Positions 48,330-59,766 are shown, counted from the whole stretch's first letter. The stretch is DNA of 63,463 bases, filler included, from Stramenopiles sp. TOSAG23-2 (GCA_900128395.1; 16 parts of 16 records of this genome joined end to end with filler, not necessarily neighbours in it), one strand, 5' to 3'. Made by a program: numbers and translations. Notes: generated by a model from the sequence alone, not told the origin.

Positions 48330-48766
48330 AGTAGATGCAATCTCGAACATTGTGTATCTACAAATTAAAATAAATAATAAATAAAATAATATTATTTTTT
48401 TTTCATTCAAATTATTTTTTTGCCCTTCTTTTTTCTCTTTCCAGAGGTTTTCGTTGAATAATACCAGGTATGGTGGTTTTTAACCAATTGTATCAGAGTG
48501 AAGACATCTGTACTTATAGACCATAATTTGTATACTAATTTTTGTGATAGGAGTAAATAATTACTTCGAAATTACACAGGTTACAGGAAATTGATGGGAA
48601 ATCATAAAGTTAGTATAGAGAAATAGAGAATATTTTTGTAGTCCGTATTATTATATATAACACATCAGTGATTTTACCAAATTTTACAAAAACCTTCTCT
48701 CTTTTCTTTTCTTTTTTGTACATATCATATATTATATATTAATATTATTGTGATTGGGTTTGTATG

Positions 48767-49903
48767 TTATTGATGTAATTTTGTATACTTTCCATATTTA
48801 CCATATTTATCTTGTATGCTTTCCATATTCACCATATTTTGTTGTTCTTCTTCTTCATCATTAGCATCATTATTCTCTACATCATCACTACTAGAATTAG
48901 AACTCGAAGAAGAAGAAGAGCTAGATGACGAGGAGCTAGAAGAGGTTAAATCTCCTGAAAATTCAACATCAACTTTTAATACCAAACGATTAACAATATT
49001 GCCATTTGTTGTATAATATCGTTTTTCAGGTGATTTATGTACTAATCCAGAAACATCTTTGGAAAATTTTTTGCCTTTAATAAATAACATATCACCTAAA
49101 TTGGCATGTTTTACAAGTTTCATGTCTTTTATAATATGCTCATTACATCCGCAATGTAGCAATTCATGAAAGTCAACATTTTCATCATTAGTATATTCTG
49201 TGCCAATTTCTCCTGTATAACTTACAATTGCACGACCAACGAAATTATCCATATGCCATCGACTACATGAATTATTTCCAAAAACTTCCAACTTCACGGT
49301 TAAATAATCAGACGAGGAGCAAACCGACGCAATTGTTTTTCCAATCTGGCAAGCATCTTGTTGAATTTGTTTCCCAAGTACTTCTGGTAAATTTGCATCA
49401 ATTAATAAATCCTTAACAACAATATTTAAACGTGATGATAGTAGCTCAGGGTCGTCAACAATTTCTATTGTTACCCGTAGCTCATCATTATATTGAAGTT
49501 TTCCTAAAAGCTCATTCACAGTTGAATTGTGCCATTTTTCAGTATTCAAAGGTCGTTGTACCATTAGTCCATTATAACTATGTCCATCAGAATGTAACCA
49601 GCCATCCAAAGTATCAGTAAGATAAACTGCTGGTTTATTTTCAACCTCTTTCACATTTGATACTGTATTTTCAATATCATTTTTGTTATTATCATCATGA
49701 TTACCCTGTTCTTTAATAGATAGTTCTTTTATCGTGACGGCTGTTTCTTTTTCATCCTCAACCTCTTTATATGTTGGTGGCAGTATATCTGTTGTTACCG
49801 GTGAATTGTTTTCTACTTGGTTATTATTATTTTTCATTTTATAATCAATTGGTAAATGCGGCTCAACATTATTAATAGAGGAATCAACCATCAATGCACT
49901 CAT
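48767..49903 (-). CDS. DUF1826-family protein
   Basis: CSRWHMDNFVGRAIVSYTG.IGTEY, GDMLFIKG, GLVHKSP, RLVLKVD. Confidence 0.8.
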   Translation of the reverse strand: MSALMVDSSINNVEPHLPIDYKMKNNNNQVENNSPVTTDILPPTYKEVEDEKETAVTIKELSIKEQGNHDDNNKNDIENTVSNVKEVENKPAVYLTDTLDGWLHSDGHSYNGLMVQRPLNTEKWHNSTVNELLGKLQYNDELRVTIEIVDDPELLSSRLNIVVKDLLIDANLPEVLGKQIQQDACQIGKTIASVCSSSDYLTVKLEVFGNNSCSRWHMDNFVGRAIVSYTGEIGTEYTNDENVDFHELLHCGCNEHIIKDMKLVKHANLGDMLFIKGKKFSKDVSGLVHKSPEKRYYTTNGNIVNRLVLKVDVEFSGDLTSSSSSSSSSSSSSSSNSSSDDVENNDANDEEEEQQNMVNMESIQDKYGKYGKYTKLHQ

Positions 49904-50308
49904 TTTACTTGTTCAATTGTTTTTTTTTTTTCGTCTTGTTGTTGTTGTTCTTTTTTAACGTTACTGTATATGTAATTTGTTTTTGAAAATATGTTGTATG
50001 TATATATCTCTACTAGTACATATTACTTTTTCTATCCATAAAAAAAGTTTTTGTTTATAGTAATGGGTATATGTTTCATATCATATATTTTTAATTTCAC
50101 TGATGGTGTGTTCATGTTGTTGACGACAAAACAAATCTGAAAAATCAACCATTCTCAACAAAAGCTTATATTGAACTTCTTATTTTCAAGATTTACAATT
50201 CCGTATATAGCACCCCACCGGCAGCATAGAGTACAGTAGTCGATACTTGTAAATGAGTCGAGGAGGTCGTAACGTAAAGCGGACAAAACTGTCCAAAACA
50301 GCGTGTAC

Positions 50309-50414
50309 AAAACTGTACACTTAACACTATTCACTATGGGAGAAATATTCATCAGTTTTTCTATATTTTCGGATATTTACTATTTTTTACAACTATATGA
50401 AAAATAAAATGGGC
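50309..50414 (+). repeat. Dispersed repeat of about 105 bp, copy 2
   Basis: Matches 47866-47971 with few substitutions. Confidence 0.85.
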
Positions 50415-50852
50415 GTACTTGTATAATATAAAAAGTAGCGACGTGGATTTTTCCAATAATGTAATAGACACAGCATTATAGCGTAGACACAAAGGGTGTT
50501 ATAATCGATGATGAAAAAAAAAAAACACAAAAGTCGACGATTTTTTTTTCTTCATTCAAGGTTCAAGGTATCTTTTTTTCTATAATTTGTATATATCATA
50601 ATTTGCGCATAGTTGCCTCTACATATTTATCATCGAAACCATTATTTATTTAGCATTAAAACACAAAACAAGTTATAGAAAACCAATTACATACATAGAT
50701 TGAATAATTAGTAAATTGTTTTTAAATTAAGTTGATCCATTCAGTTTCCTTGTTAAATTTTTTTCTTTAATTTTAAATTATAAATTCAAGTAACTTTCAT
50801 ACTTAGTTGAACGTGTACACACAGTTAAATTTGCTCACCACGGCATATATAT

Positions 50853-51827
50853 ATGGGACAAACGACGTCAACGAAAAAGGATGAGAAGGCACTCAATGTG
50901 CCATGGGGTCCACAACTGCCAGGTGGTTCGGGTAAAAGGACATGTTTGATTACTGGAGGGAACTCAGGCCTTGGATTCGAAACAGCAAGGTCCCTTTTGG
51001 TGAAGGGATACAAAGTTATTATTGCATGCCGGAACCCGGATAAGGCAACGGAGGCGGTGGCTAAGCTGCGGTCCCTCGCCTCGCTGGACGACACAGACGA
51101 GTCCATATCGTACGAGGTGTTGGATGTCTCGAGTCTTAATTCAGTGGATAAGTTTGCAGATAAATTTTTATCCAACTCGAACAATCAGTGCCATGTTCTT
51201 ATTTGCAACGCGGGCATTATGATGGGGGCACAGCGGCAGAGCGCAGACGGGTTTGACTTGCAACTCGCTACGAACTACTTAGGGCACGTGTATCTAATCA
51301 AACGAATGCAAGAGCGTCTTGTAGAATGCGCGCCCGGGAGGATCATTCATGTCTCTTCCATCGCGGCAAGATTCGGGCATATATATTGGAACGACATTAA
51401 TTTTTTTGGCGGGGATAAGTATGATTCGTTGAAGATGTACCAACAGTCAAAGCTGCTGCAAGTCGTCTTCTCTAGAGAGCTAGCAAAACGGTTGAAAGGG
51501 ACGGGGATCACTAGTAACAGTTTAGAACCAGGCATCGTAAAGACCGGGCTGAGTGCAACAATTACAGATGACCCTGCGATGCGCCGGCGCCTGGAGAATG
51601 GGATCAGCGTCGAAGAGGGTAGCAAAACCCACGTCCATCTTGCGTCGTGTACCGATGCAAGTGTTGTTGGCATTACTGGCGAGCACCGGGAGAAATGTGG
51701 TATCATATCACAAGGCTTCTCAAAATTGAAGTATATTCTTGCAGCACACGATTTGAGGGAAAGTGTTGGTCCAAAGCTGTGGGATTTTACCGAGAAGTTA
51801 ATCGAGGATGCGCGAAAAAAAAGCTAA
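50853..51827 (+). CDS. Short-chain dehydrogenase/reductase (retinol dehydrogenase/WWOX-like)
   Basis: ITGGNSGLG, IACRN, LICNAGIM, ATNYLGH, VSS, YQQSK; possible N-myristoylation site MGQTTS. Confidence 0.92.
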   Translation: MGQTTSTKKDEKALNVPWGPQLPGGSGKRTCLITGGNSGLGFETARSLLVKGYKVIIACRNPDKATEAVAKLRSLASLDDTDESISYEVLDVSSLNSVDKFADKFLSNSNNQCHVLICNAGIMMGAQRQSADGFDLQLATNYLGHVYLIKRMQERLVECAPGRIIHVSSIAARFGHIYWNDINFFGGDKYDSLKMYQQSKLLQVVFSRELAKRLKGTGITSNSLEPGIVKTGLSATITDDPAMRRRLENGISVEEGSKTHVHLASCTDASVVGITGEHREKCGIISQGFSKLKYILAAHDLRESVGPKLWDFTEKLIEDARKKS

Positions 51828-51877
51828 AAGAAATTAAATTGTAAAATATTAAATATTAATATTACTTGATATAATAA

Positions 51878-51913
<36 letters not shown>

Positions 51914-51914
51914 T

Positions 51915-52350
51915 TTACTTTTTACAAACAATCATTCCATTGAAACGATAAAAAGAACTTGATTGACATTTAATAATTTCATATAATGAGTTGTTAGAAA
52001 TCTTAGATGATGATTCTTCTTCATCATTATCTTCTCCTCCATGTAGTTCTTCAATATTATTATTATCACCCTTCTCCTCCTCCTCCTCCTCTAATCGACC
52101 AAGCAATGCTATAATTGCATTTAATGTTTTTTGATGTGGATCTAAAATCATTCCATTGAAACGATAAAAAGAACTTGATTGACATTTAATAATTTCATAT
52201 AATGAGTTGTTAGAAATCTTAGATGATGATTCTTCTTCATCATTATCTTCTCCTCCATGTAGTTCTTCAATATTATTATTATCACCCTTCTCCTCCTCCT
52301 CCTCCTCTAATCGACCAAGCAATGCTATAATTGCATTTAATGTTTTTTGA
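51915..52350 (-). CDS. C-terminal fragment of an unknown protein containing an exact 216-bp tandem duplication
   Basis: Open frame; 51931-52134 is repeated at 52147-52350. Confidence 0.45.
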
Positions 52351-52774
52351 NNNNNNNNNNNNNNNNNNNNNNNNNNNNNNNNNNNNNNNNNNNNTTAATT
52401 AATTAANNNNNNNNNNNNNNNNNNNNNNNNNNNNNNNNNNNNNNNNNNNNCAAAAGGGTTTGTATAAAAAAATATATTTTACGAAGGAAAATATAATATT
52501 TTAAAGCAAAACGATATTATTATAAGCGCAAGTTTTAATAAATCGCGGTTTGTACATATCTCTCTACACGTGTAGTAGAAATCCAATTGGAAGCTGCGAG
52601 CCTCCATTATTTCGGCTTTGTTAGAGATCTTTGCAAATTTGTTATTAGCGACTTCTTTTATAAAAAAGGTATGTCATAATAGCAACGGAGCAAAAATTAC
52701 CTAACGTATCGACTGAAAGGAACTATTAATGTATTAGAGTGAGAACCGTTAGCTAATATATATATATATACGAT

Positions 52775-53713
52775 TCATTCGTCATCATTGTCCTCCATAT
52801 ATAACGCCTGTCGTTGTTTACTTCGTTGTTGTTTCAGCGGCGCTCGCTTTAAAATATGTTTATTATTATTATTATTATTATTACTGAAATGTATTTTTTC
52901 CATTGAGACATTTTCATTTATATGATTACTGCTGATGTTACTAATCTGACTTTCAACTTCATTGTTATAAAGATCATCTTCGTTAAAGTCCAGATTATTA
53001 GTATGAAAATCTTGAGCAATACCACTCCAGATTAAGACAGGCGTTGGCCGGTTTCGTCCAAATATAGATTGCCAACCATCTGTATATTTATTAACTAAAA
53101 ATCCATTTTCATCCAAACAACTTTTTTTTTTTACCAATGTTGTTGTGTCAAGTCGACTCTTTTCGGTATCCAAGATCTCTTTGTTTGATAACGATGATTT
53201 TATGCTTGACCATTGCAAGATACTCCATGGTTCTAAATTCATTTCATGTAATATCGTTTCTTTTGTAAATTTACCAAGAGATTCTTTTATTGTATTTGTT
53301 AAAGTAACCTGTTTTTTTCTACGATTATTATTATTGTTATCACTAATATTGTCATAGTTATTTCTCATCACGACTCTTCTTCGTTTTTTCGATACATTAT
53401 TTTTCAAATATGTTGATGATGACATCGGAAATAAAAAATGAGGTATTGACAAGCTTGATTTATTTAGCATGCCACCAGAAGATGGAATCAAACTTTGTTC
53501 ATTTACGTTATCGGTACCTTCATTGCTGGTATTTAAAGTCCCATTTATAACTGTTGATAGTATTTTTCTTTTTGGTATTGCAGTTTTCATTCCAACATTA
53601 TTTTTACCATTTTTTATTATTGTATTCTGATGACTATTGTTGTTGCCACTTGTTGTAGCCTTCTTTCTTTTCTTGTTGGCCTTTCTGTTTAACTTTAATT
53701 TTTTGAAAGGCAT
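52775..53713 (-). CDS. Hypothetical basic, Asn-rich protein (312 aa) with NLS-like N-terminus
   Basis: Long ORF with an ATG in A-rich context; no domain recognised. Confidence 0.55.
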   Translation of the reverse strand: MPFKKLKLNRKANKKRKKATTSGNNNSHQNTIIKNGKNNVGMKTAIPKRKILSTVINGTLNTSNEGTDNVNEQSLIPSSGGMLNKSSLSIPHFLFPMSSSTYLKNNVSKKRRRVVMRNNYDNISDNNNNNRRKKQVTLTNTIKESLGKFTKETILHEMNLEPWSILQWSSIKSSLSNKEILDTEKSRLDTTTLVKKKSCLDENGFLVNKYTDGWQSIFGRNRPTPVLIWSGIAQDFHTNNLDFNEDDLYNNEVESQISNISSNHINENVSMEKIHFSNNNNNNNKHILKRAPLKQQRSKQRQALYMEDNDDE

Positions 53714-54143
53714 TTTGTACTATATATCAATAGTTGATTTGTTTACATATAGATGAAGTTTTGTGATGCATATGATAGATCTGTGTTTTATGTATCTCTC
53801 TCTCTCTCTCTCTCTCTGTGATGATAATACAGTAATAAATCAATAAATAATAATAAGGCATGAGTGCATGATGATGATTATTTATAAAAATAATAATAAT
53901 AATACTACCTGGTACTACAGTGGTGTAATCCAGTAATAGTCGTCTTATAAGTGGTATTATTACTAATATAAAAAATATTATAATTTATTTTGAAATTTTT
54001 TTTTGGTATGACATATTGAAAAAAACTTTAACTTATGATATGTTATTATTTATTGAATTAGTACGAGTATACAACACAGGATCTAGAGATATACATAATA
54101 ATTATATCATAGGTATATATATCAAAACTTATAAATCTAGAGA

Positions 54144-56687
54144 TTAAAAGAAATTGATTTGTGCTTCCAACTCGTCAATCTCTGCATTTATACCATCATT
54201 TCTTGGATCACTATATCTATTCGATATTTCATACAACATCGCGTCGCCATTTGAAGCACCAATAAACATTTTAGCTTTAGTACCTTTCACAGGGCATGAT
54301 GTTAAATCAAAATGTTGAATGAAAACATCTGAATCATCATATTCACCTTTCAAAGGGTTTTGAGATGATATTGGACCATGTTGCTTTTGCAACAAATCCC
54401 ATACATGCAACATACCAGATGAATCTAAAATGAAAAAAACTGCAGGGCGTGTATTGGACCACTTCACGTTCGTAATATATTGCATTGATGAGAGATCATC
54501 ATCATTCATACGCAAACCAATACATTCACCAGTCCATATAGTCATTGGCGCACCGCAATCATTTTTATACATGGATAAAGTTCCATCGTCAAGTGCAACC
54601 AAAAATAAATTTGGTACAAATGGATTAAAATCAATTGAAACAACTGCAGAACAGGACGAAGAAAAACTTTGATTGTAATTATTTCCATCTTCCACCATAC
54701 CACATTCATACACTCGTGGTGTAACTACTGATGCAAATCTCGATTTATGTATTAATGATCCATTCGCCGTGCCAATTATGAAATGGCTATTATCGTTTGG
54801 AAAAACGCCAAATGCATATGTTTCTACTTTGTTGCCACTATTAATACTATTTAGCTGAACCCTTGATGTTCTTGTCAATTTCACGCGACCGCCAATGCCT
54901 AATCCTAAATCTGTTTCTGATCCAGCCTCATCAATACTACGCATTTCTAATGCGGTCCAAAAAATAATTACGCCATCTTGATCCAATGACGCAAGCTGAA
55001 AGGAGGAATGATCACTCCCACTTTGAAATCGACCTTTCCCACCATCACCAGCTGCAATTGGGCGAACGTCAACAACTGGTGCGCAATGTTGGCTTTCCGT
55101 TCGTTGCTGATCATCTGATTTTAAAACAAACGCATCAGTTGTATAAGTCGGTCGCCTGAAACAATCTGGATATTTAAAATACACACTTTCCTCATTGGCA
55201 TGGTATGAACTTGGTTCTCTTAAATCCCATAAAACAATGGAACCGGATAAGGTACCTGCTACTACAATATGTGCGCGTGATGGGCTAAATGCACAACATG
55301 TTGGAATGCCTTCACATATCAATGCTTTATATGGAAGTGTCACACCATCATCCCGTGTCTGGTTATCATCTGCATGCCATACGCATGTTAACCCTTTCCC
55401 AGCTAATGACGCAGTAAAGGCAAGCGCTTCAACATCATCCTTGCTAATTTTTTCACTCATTTCTTTAGGTCCATAACTAGTTAAAACAGTTGAAGCTGAA
55501 TTATTTGCAGTTGACATTGCTGTTATTTTTCTGTCTGATAACCAAATTGGATATTTCAATAATTTCTTATTTTTTGGAGTTAAAAATGCAGATTTATTTT
55601 CATTTTCCTCCCTATCATTATCAGATGATTTAGATTCCAAATTTTGATCTTCAATATTTTCTTCAAGAGAAATTTCAATAACTGGTGAAATCCTACGCAA
55701 AAAGCTTAAAAGTGCATTGCTACTATTGTTGTTATTTTTGCTGCTATTATTACTATTGCCGTTGTTGTTATTGTTATTACTACTGTTACTATTACCAAAA
55801 CCGAGATCATCTGGAACTTGCCCAGATTGATCGTTGTATGTTAGATCAGGAGTTTGTGTTTCCGTTGTGCGCGCATCATCGTTCGTTAAATTCGCAGCTT
55901 GTTTCCATGTTTTACTACCAAGCTTTCGGACGTAGACATCGTATGGTTGCAATGGTGCTAAATTTAATGTCACATTCGATTCTTCCGTCAAATTGACCAA
56001 CTTTTTCAGTTCTCGCAAGCGTCGTTCCCTAGCTGGATTGACGTCCAATTCACGCTTATTGATATTGTTTTTAGACTTTGCATGTGGTGATGAAACAACA
56101 CCAAATTGTTCTTCGTTATTTTTGCTATTATAATTATCAGCCATTTTTGATGAACCAGTTTTATTATTGTTGTTATTGCGATCATCATTCAATTTTGCAG
56201 TAGGAAAACGTAAACGTGCGCCACCATCTGTTTTTTCTTTTTTCTTATAAGAAATTTTACTTTCTGTAGTAGTAGAAGAATTATAATTATTATTTTCACT
56301 ACCAGTTGCTTTTTTGTTCAATGGTTTCTCTTCATCATCATCAGACATATCATCAAAGTCGTCATCATTGTAATCATCGAAATCTTCGTCATCGTAATTG
56401 TCATCATCAGATTCATCTTCGCTTACAACTTTTTTTGGAGATGGCCTGGATCTTTGAACAGGTTTGTTACTTTGTTGTTGTTGTCGTCTGTCTCGTGATG
56501 CATAGCTATTATTATTATCATACATATTATCTCCACTGCTCCCATATCTATTGTTGCCCCTACTGCTACGATCATCGCTTCTTCTTAATGGGACAGTTTT
56601 TTTCCTAGATATTGGTTGCGAATCAAATGATCGTAATTGGTTTGTATTTGAATCACTGGCCATATACCTTGCATCGTTATTTCCACC
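54144..56687 (-). CDS. DYNC2I1: Dynein-2 intermediate chain WDR60, possibly 5'-partial
   Basis: L.L.PL..YDVYVR.LG....KQA..TNDD....ETQT, AGT..GS.VLWDLRE, RPTYTTD, ETDLGLGIGGRVKL, WS.TRPAVFF.LD....LHVWDLL. Confidence 0.88.
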   Translation of the reverse strand, partial: GGNNDARYMASDSNTNQLRSFDSQPISRKKTVPLRRSDDRSSRGNNRYGSSGDNMYDNNNSYASRDRRQQQQSNKPVQRSRPSPKKVVSEDESDDDNYDDEDFDDYNDDDFDDMSDDDEEKPLNKKATGSENNNYNSSTTTESKISYKKKEKTDGGARLRFPTAKLNDDRNNNNNKTGSSKMADNYNSKNNEEQFGVVSSPHAKSKNNINKRELDVNPARERRLRELKKLVNLTEESNVTLNLAPLQPYDVYVRKLGSKTWKQAANLTNDDARTTETQTPDLTYNDQSGQVPDDLGFGNSNSSNNNNNNGNSNNSSKNNNNSSNALLSFLRRISPVIEISLEENIEDQNLESKSSDNDREENENKSAFLTPKNKKLLKYPIWLSDRKITAMSTANNSASTVLTSYGPKEMSEKISKDDVEALAFTASLAGKGLTCVWHADDNQTRDDGVTLPYKALICEGIPTCCAFSPSRAHIVVAGTLSGSIVLWDLREPSSYHANEESVYFKYPDCFRRPTYTTDAFVLKSDDQQRTESQHCAPVVDVRPIAAGDGGKGRFQSGSDHSSFQLASLDQDGVIIFWTALEMRSIDEAGSETDLGLGIGGRVKLTRTSRVQLNSINSGNKVETYAFGVFPNDNSHFIIGTANGSLIHKSRFASVVTPRVYECGMVEDGNNYNQSFSSSCSAVVSIDFNPFVPNLFLVALDDGTLSMYKNDCGAPMTIWTGECIGLRMNDDDLSSMQYITNVKWSNTRPAVFFILDSSGMLHVWDLLQKQHGPISSQNPLKGEYDDSDVFIQHFDLTSCPVKGTKAKMFIGASNGDAMLYEISNRYSDPRNDGINAEIDELEAQINFF

Positions 56688-56788
56688 NNNNNNNNNNNNN
56701 NNNNNNNNNNNNNNNNNNNNNNNNNNNNNNNTTAATTAATTAANNNNNNNNNNNNNNNNNNNNNNNNNNNNNNNNNNNNNNNNNNNNA

Positions 56789-58495
56789 GCGGAAGGAAGA
56801 AGTTATAAAGATTATGATCGAAGTCTCACTAAATTTCCCCACATTCTTTTAGAAATTGTAAAGAACAATAACAACATAGAAGGTGGCACGTTAAAAGGTT
56901 CTGCAGTAGAAAATTGGAAAGTTTTAAAGGAGATTCCAACAACACAATTTTGGGATATTTATCGCGCAGTAGTACATGCAAATCGAATTCAGCATCGTGG
57001 AATTGTACCAATAGAATGTGCATTCGTCGATCGTACAAATGTAGTATTACAATCTAGATTTTACAAGGGTGGAGACATGAGATGCTGGTGTGAAGGTAAA
57101 GAAGAAAAAGCTAAAATAAATGCGTTCGCAAGAATATCCGAAGCACTCGCCTACCTTCATGAGAAAGGTATCGTACATAGAGACATAAAACCTGAAAATA
57201 TTGTATTTGATAGTAATCAGGAAAATGCATTTCCAGCTCTATGTGATTTTGATATAAGTAAAGATACGAACGAAACAAATAATACTACAAAAGGATATGT
57301 TGGCACATCCTTATACATGCCCCCTGAGAAAAATACTAGATTTGAAAGAGATGTGTTTTCACTTGGTATTGCGATGGTTGATATTTTATTTTATGATGGA
57401 ATTTTAAGTAATATTCCAACTAAAGAAAATGTATCGATGGGTATCTCTCCTCTTGATCTTGACAAAGTAATAAAAGAATTAAATGGTAGTAAAACACAAT
57501 TACAAGATGCTATGCAAAAGATTGTACAGCTAATTGTAGATATGCTAAATACAAATCCGGAAAAACGCCCAGTGATACAAACAGTGACGAAGAAATTGAA
57601 GGAGTATATAGAGTTATTTAGTTTGCGCGAATGTAAAATATGTATGTGTGATTATCATATTAGTGATATGATAAAATGTGAAACAATGGACATTTTTTGT
57701 TGTAAAGAAAACTGTTTCAAAACTTTTGTGGCTCATGAGATTAAAGAAATGAACGAAACTCGACTTGGAATACGTTGTTTTGCACTTGGAGAAGGGTGTG
57801 AATGTGCCAATTTTTACTTTTCACATCAAACGTTGGCCTTGTCTGCATCTGACGAAGTGTTTAAAAAATATCTCGATAAAAGAGAGGAATTAATACAAGT
57901 GAAAATGGAAAAAGAGAGCGATGTAAAGGTGAAGAAAATGCAGCAGGAGATGCTTAAAAAGTCACGCTTTGAACTAGAGTTGCTTGATGTACGACGAAGA
58001 ATTGAGGAAATTGTGTGTTTAAAATGTCCTAAATGTAAAAGAGTTTTTGTTGACTATAATGGTTGCGCAGCATTAAGATGTTCCGGCGAAGGTGGTTGTG
58101 GCACTGGATTTTGTGCATTTTGTCAAAAAGATTGTGGACAAGACGCGCACGCACATGTATTGCGTTGTGTCTTAAATCCTAACCCAAATAACTATTTTTG
58201 TGATCAACAACAATGGAAACGAGTAGTGGACAGAGAAAAACGTAAAAAAATACTTGAACTTTGGAATGGATTAAAAAAAAAGTTACAAGAAGAACTGGTA
58301 CGCGACAACGCAATTCGAGACATTTTCAAAGATTTGAATATAAATGATATCCCTGGTGTAAAAAATCGATTAGGGTATGTAAACGAAATCGCTTTAATTC
58401 GTGGGATGGGTTTTCAACTTGACGATGAAGTGATATTTAATGCATTGATAAGAGTAAAAGGAGATATTGATGAAGCGGTGGCAATTTTAATGTGA
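56789..58495 (+). CDS. Protein kinase fused to RING/Rcat (RBR-like) E3 module and C-terminal UBA, 5'-partial
   Basis: VLKE, IVHRDIKPEN, LCDFD, VGTSLYMPPE, DVFSLG; CKIC...C...C..C RING; CPKC....DYNGCAALRC....C...FCAFC; MGF...AL....GDIDEAVAILM UBA. Confidence 0.85.
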   Translation, partial: AEGRSYKDYDRSLTKFPHILLEIVKNNNNIEGGTLKGSAVENWKVLKEIPTTQFWDIYRAVVHANRIQHRGIVPIECAFVDRTNVVLQSRFYKGGDMRCWCEGKEEKAKINAFARISEALAYLHEKGIVHRDIKPENIVFDSNQENAFPALCDFDISKDTNETNNTTKGYVGTSLYMPPEKNTRFERDVFSLGIAMVDILFYDGILSNIPTKENVSMGISPLDLDKVIKELNGSKTQLQDAMQKIVQLIVDMLNTNPEKRPVIQTVTKKLKEYIELFSLRECKICMCDYHISDMIKCETMDIFCCKENCFKTFVAHEIKEMNETRLGIRCFALGEGCECANFYFSHQTLALSASDEVFKKYLDKREELIQVKMEKESDVKVKKMQQEMLKKSRFELELLDVRRRIEEIVCLKCPKCKRVFVDYNGCAALRCSGEGGCGTGFCAFCQKDCGQDAHAHVLRCVLNPNPNNYFCDQQQWKRVVDREKRKKILELWNGLKKKLQEELVRDNAIRDIFKDLNINDIPGVKNRLGYVNEIALIRGMGFQLDDEVIFNALIRVKGDIDEAVAILM

Positions 58496-59103
58496 CTGGG
58501 AACTGGGAATGAAAATTAATGGACTACGACAGTATCATATATCATATAATATGCATATGATACGGATCGTACATCTATACGACAGAACCCTTTCGTATTT
58601 TACAAAATAAAATTTTTTGTGTACATGGGTATGATATGATATGATAATAAATTTTATCATATCATATATAAGAGTAATAATACGAATAATAATTATACCG
58701 CGAGGCTTTAAAAAAATATACGGAGCGAGGAGCGAGTTGTTCGTAATCTAAATACGCGTATAATTTTCTTACAACTTACTGTATATACTTCGTGTTAAAA
58801 AATACGCCCTCTCTTGTCTTCCACCTTAACCTGCGCAAGCCTCCACGCAAGCTTATATAAATAGTAGGTGAATAGCACTTAGGACGTCATAGCATGGAAG
58901 GCCTATGCTATTCCTTAAAAACCTCCCAAGGCTTGCAATCGGGAGACGACAATAATAATATTATATATAATTATTAGTAAATAATTATTAAATATGTATT
59001 TTGTTGTTGTATGTGTGGATGGCTGTGTTGGTTTAGAAAATAACCAAAGGGATGCAATATCTGTTTTTCCTTTTATTGCTTCTTTAAGCAACCTAACAAT
59101 AAA

Positions 59104-59514
59104 ATGGACATTTTATCAATTGCAATTTGTTTTGCAATTGTAATTGTAATTGCACTTAGTATTAATAAGTATTACATACTGAACGATGCACACATCTATG
59201 TGTGGTTTTTTTTTGCATTATTTTTATTATTGTTAGGTGGATATTTAAAGAATATTGTAAAGGATGGTATGCTATTAAATCTTTTGTTAGTTGGTGTCAT
59301 ATTTGTTATGGAAAGGAGGCTGAAAGATGTTACAGATAAATTTGCAGTTACAGTGGAAAAATTATCTGATGCTAATAATAAATTAGATGAACTGGTTAAT
59401 ATTAACGGAACTAATAATATATTACTGCAAACTAATGAGAAGTTAGAACATACAAATAAAAAATTAGAAGAACTTGTTGATTTGGCATGCATGATAGGTA
59501 CGCGTAATACGTAA
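59104..59514 (+). CDS. Small membrane protein (3 hydrophobic helices plus coiled-coil tail)
   Basis: ATG in AAAATGG context; hydrophobic segments; heptad-like C-terminus. Confidence 0.55.
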   Translation: MDILSIAICFAIVIVIALSINKYYILNDAHIYVWFFFALFLLLLGGYLKNIVKDGMLLNLLLVGVIFVMERRLKDVTDKFAVTVEKLSDANNKLDELVNINGTNNILLQTNEKLEHTNKKLEELVDLACMIGTRNT

Positions 59515-59766
59515 CCACAACAAATTAAATGATATTGATATGGTATGATATTTACATTTTGGAGAGAATTATCAATTGAATATGATATTTATATTTTGAA
59601 GAGAATTATCAATTGTAAAAGTCAAAATATGTTACACCAAAAAAACAATTACAGATTTTATTATAATTTCTGAATATTAAAAATTAAAAAAAATTGCAGT
59701 GCTTTCCATTTCGCTTCTTGTTTCTACTCTCTATGCATCTATATAATTTTTCTTCTCTCTTTATAT

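Noticed and set aside
48460-48560. Possible snRNA (Sm-site-like AATTTTTG)
   Set aside because: No U1/U2/U4/U5/U6 signature sequence nearby; the motif is expected by chance in AT-rich DNA
51931-52350. Exact 216-bp tandem duplication as a biological repeat
   Set aside because: Identical copies ending exactly at the contig edge; cannot be distinguished from an assembly artefact
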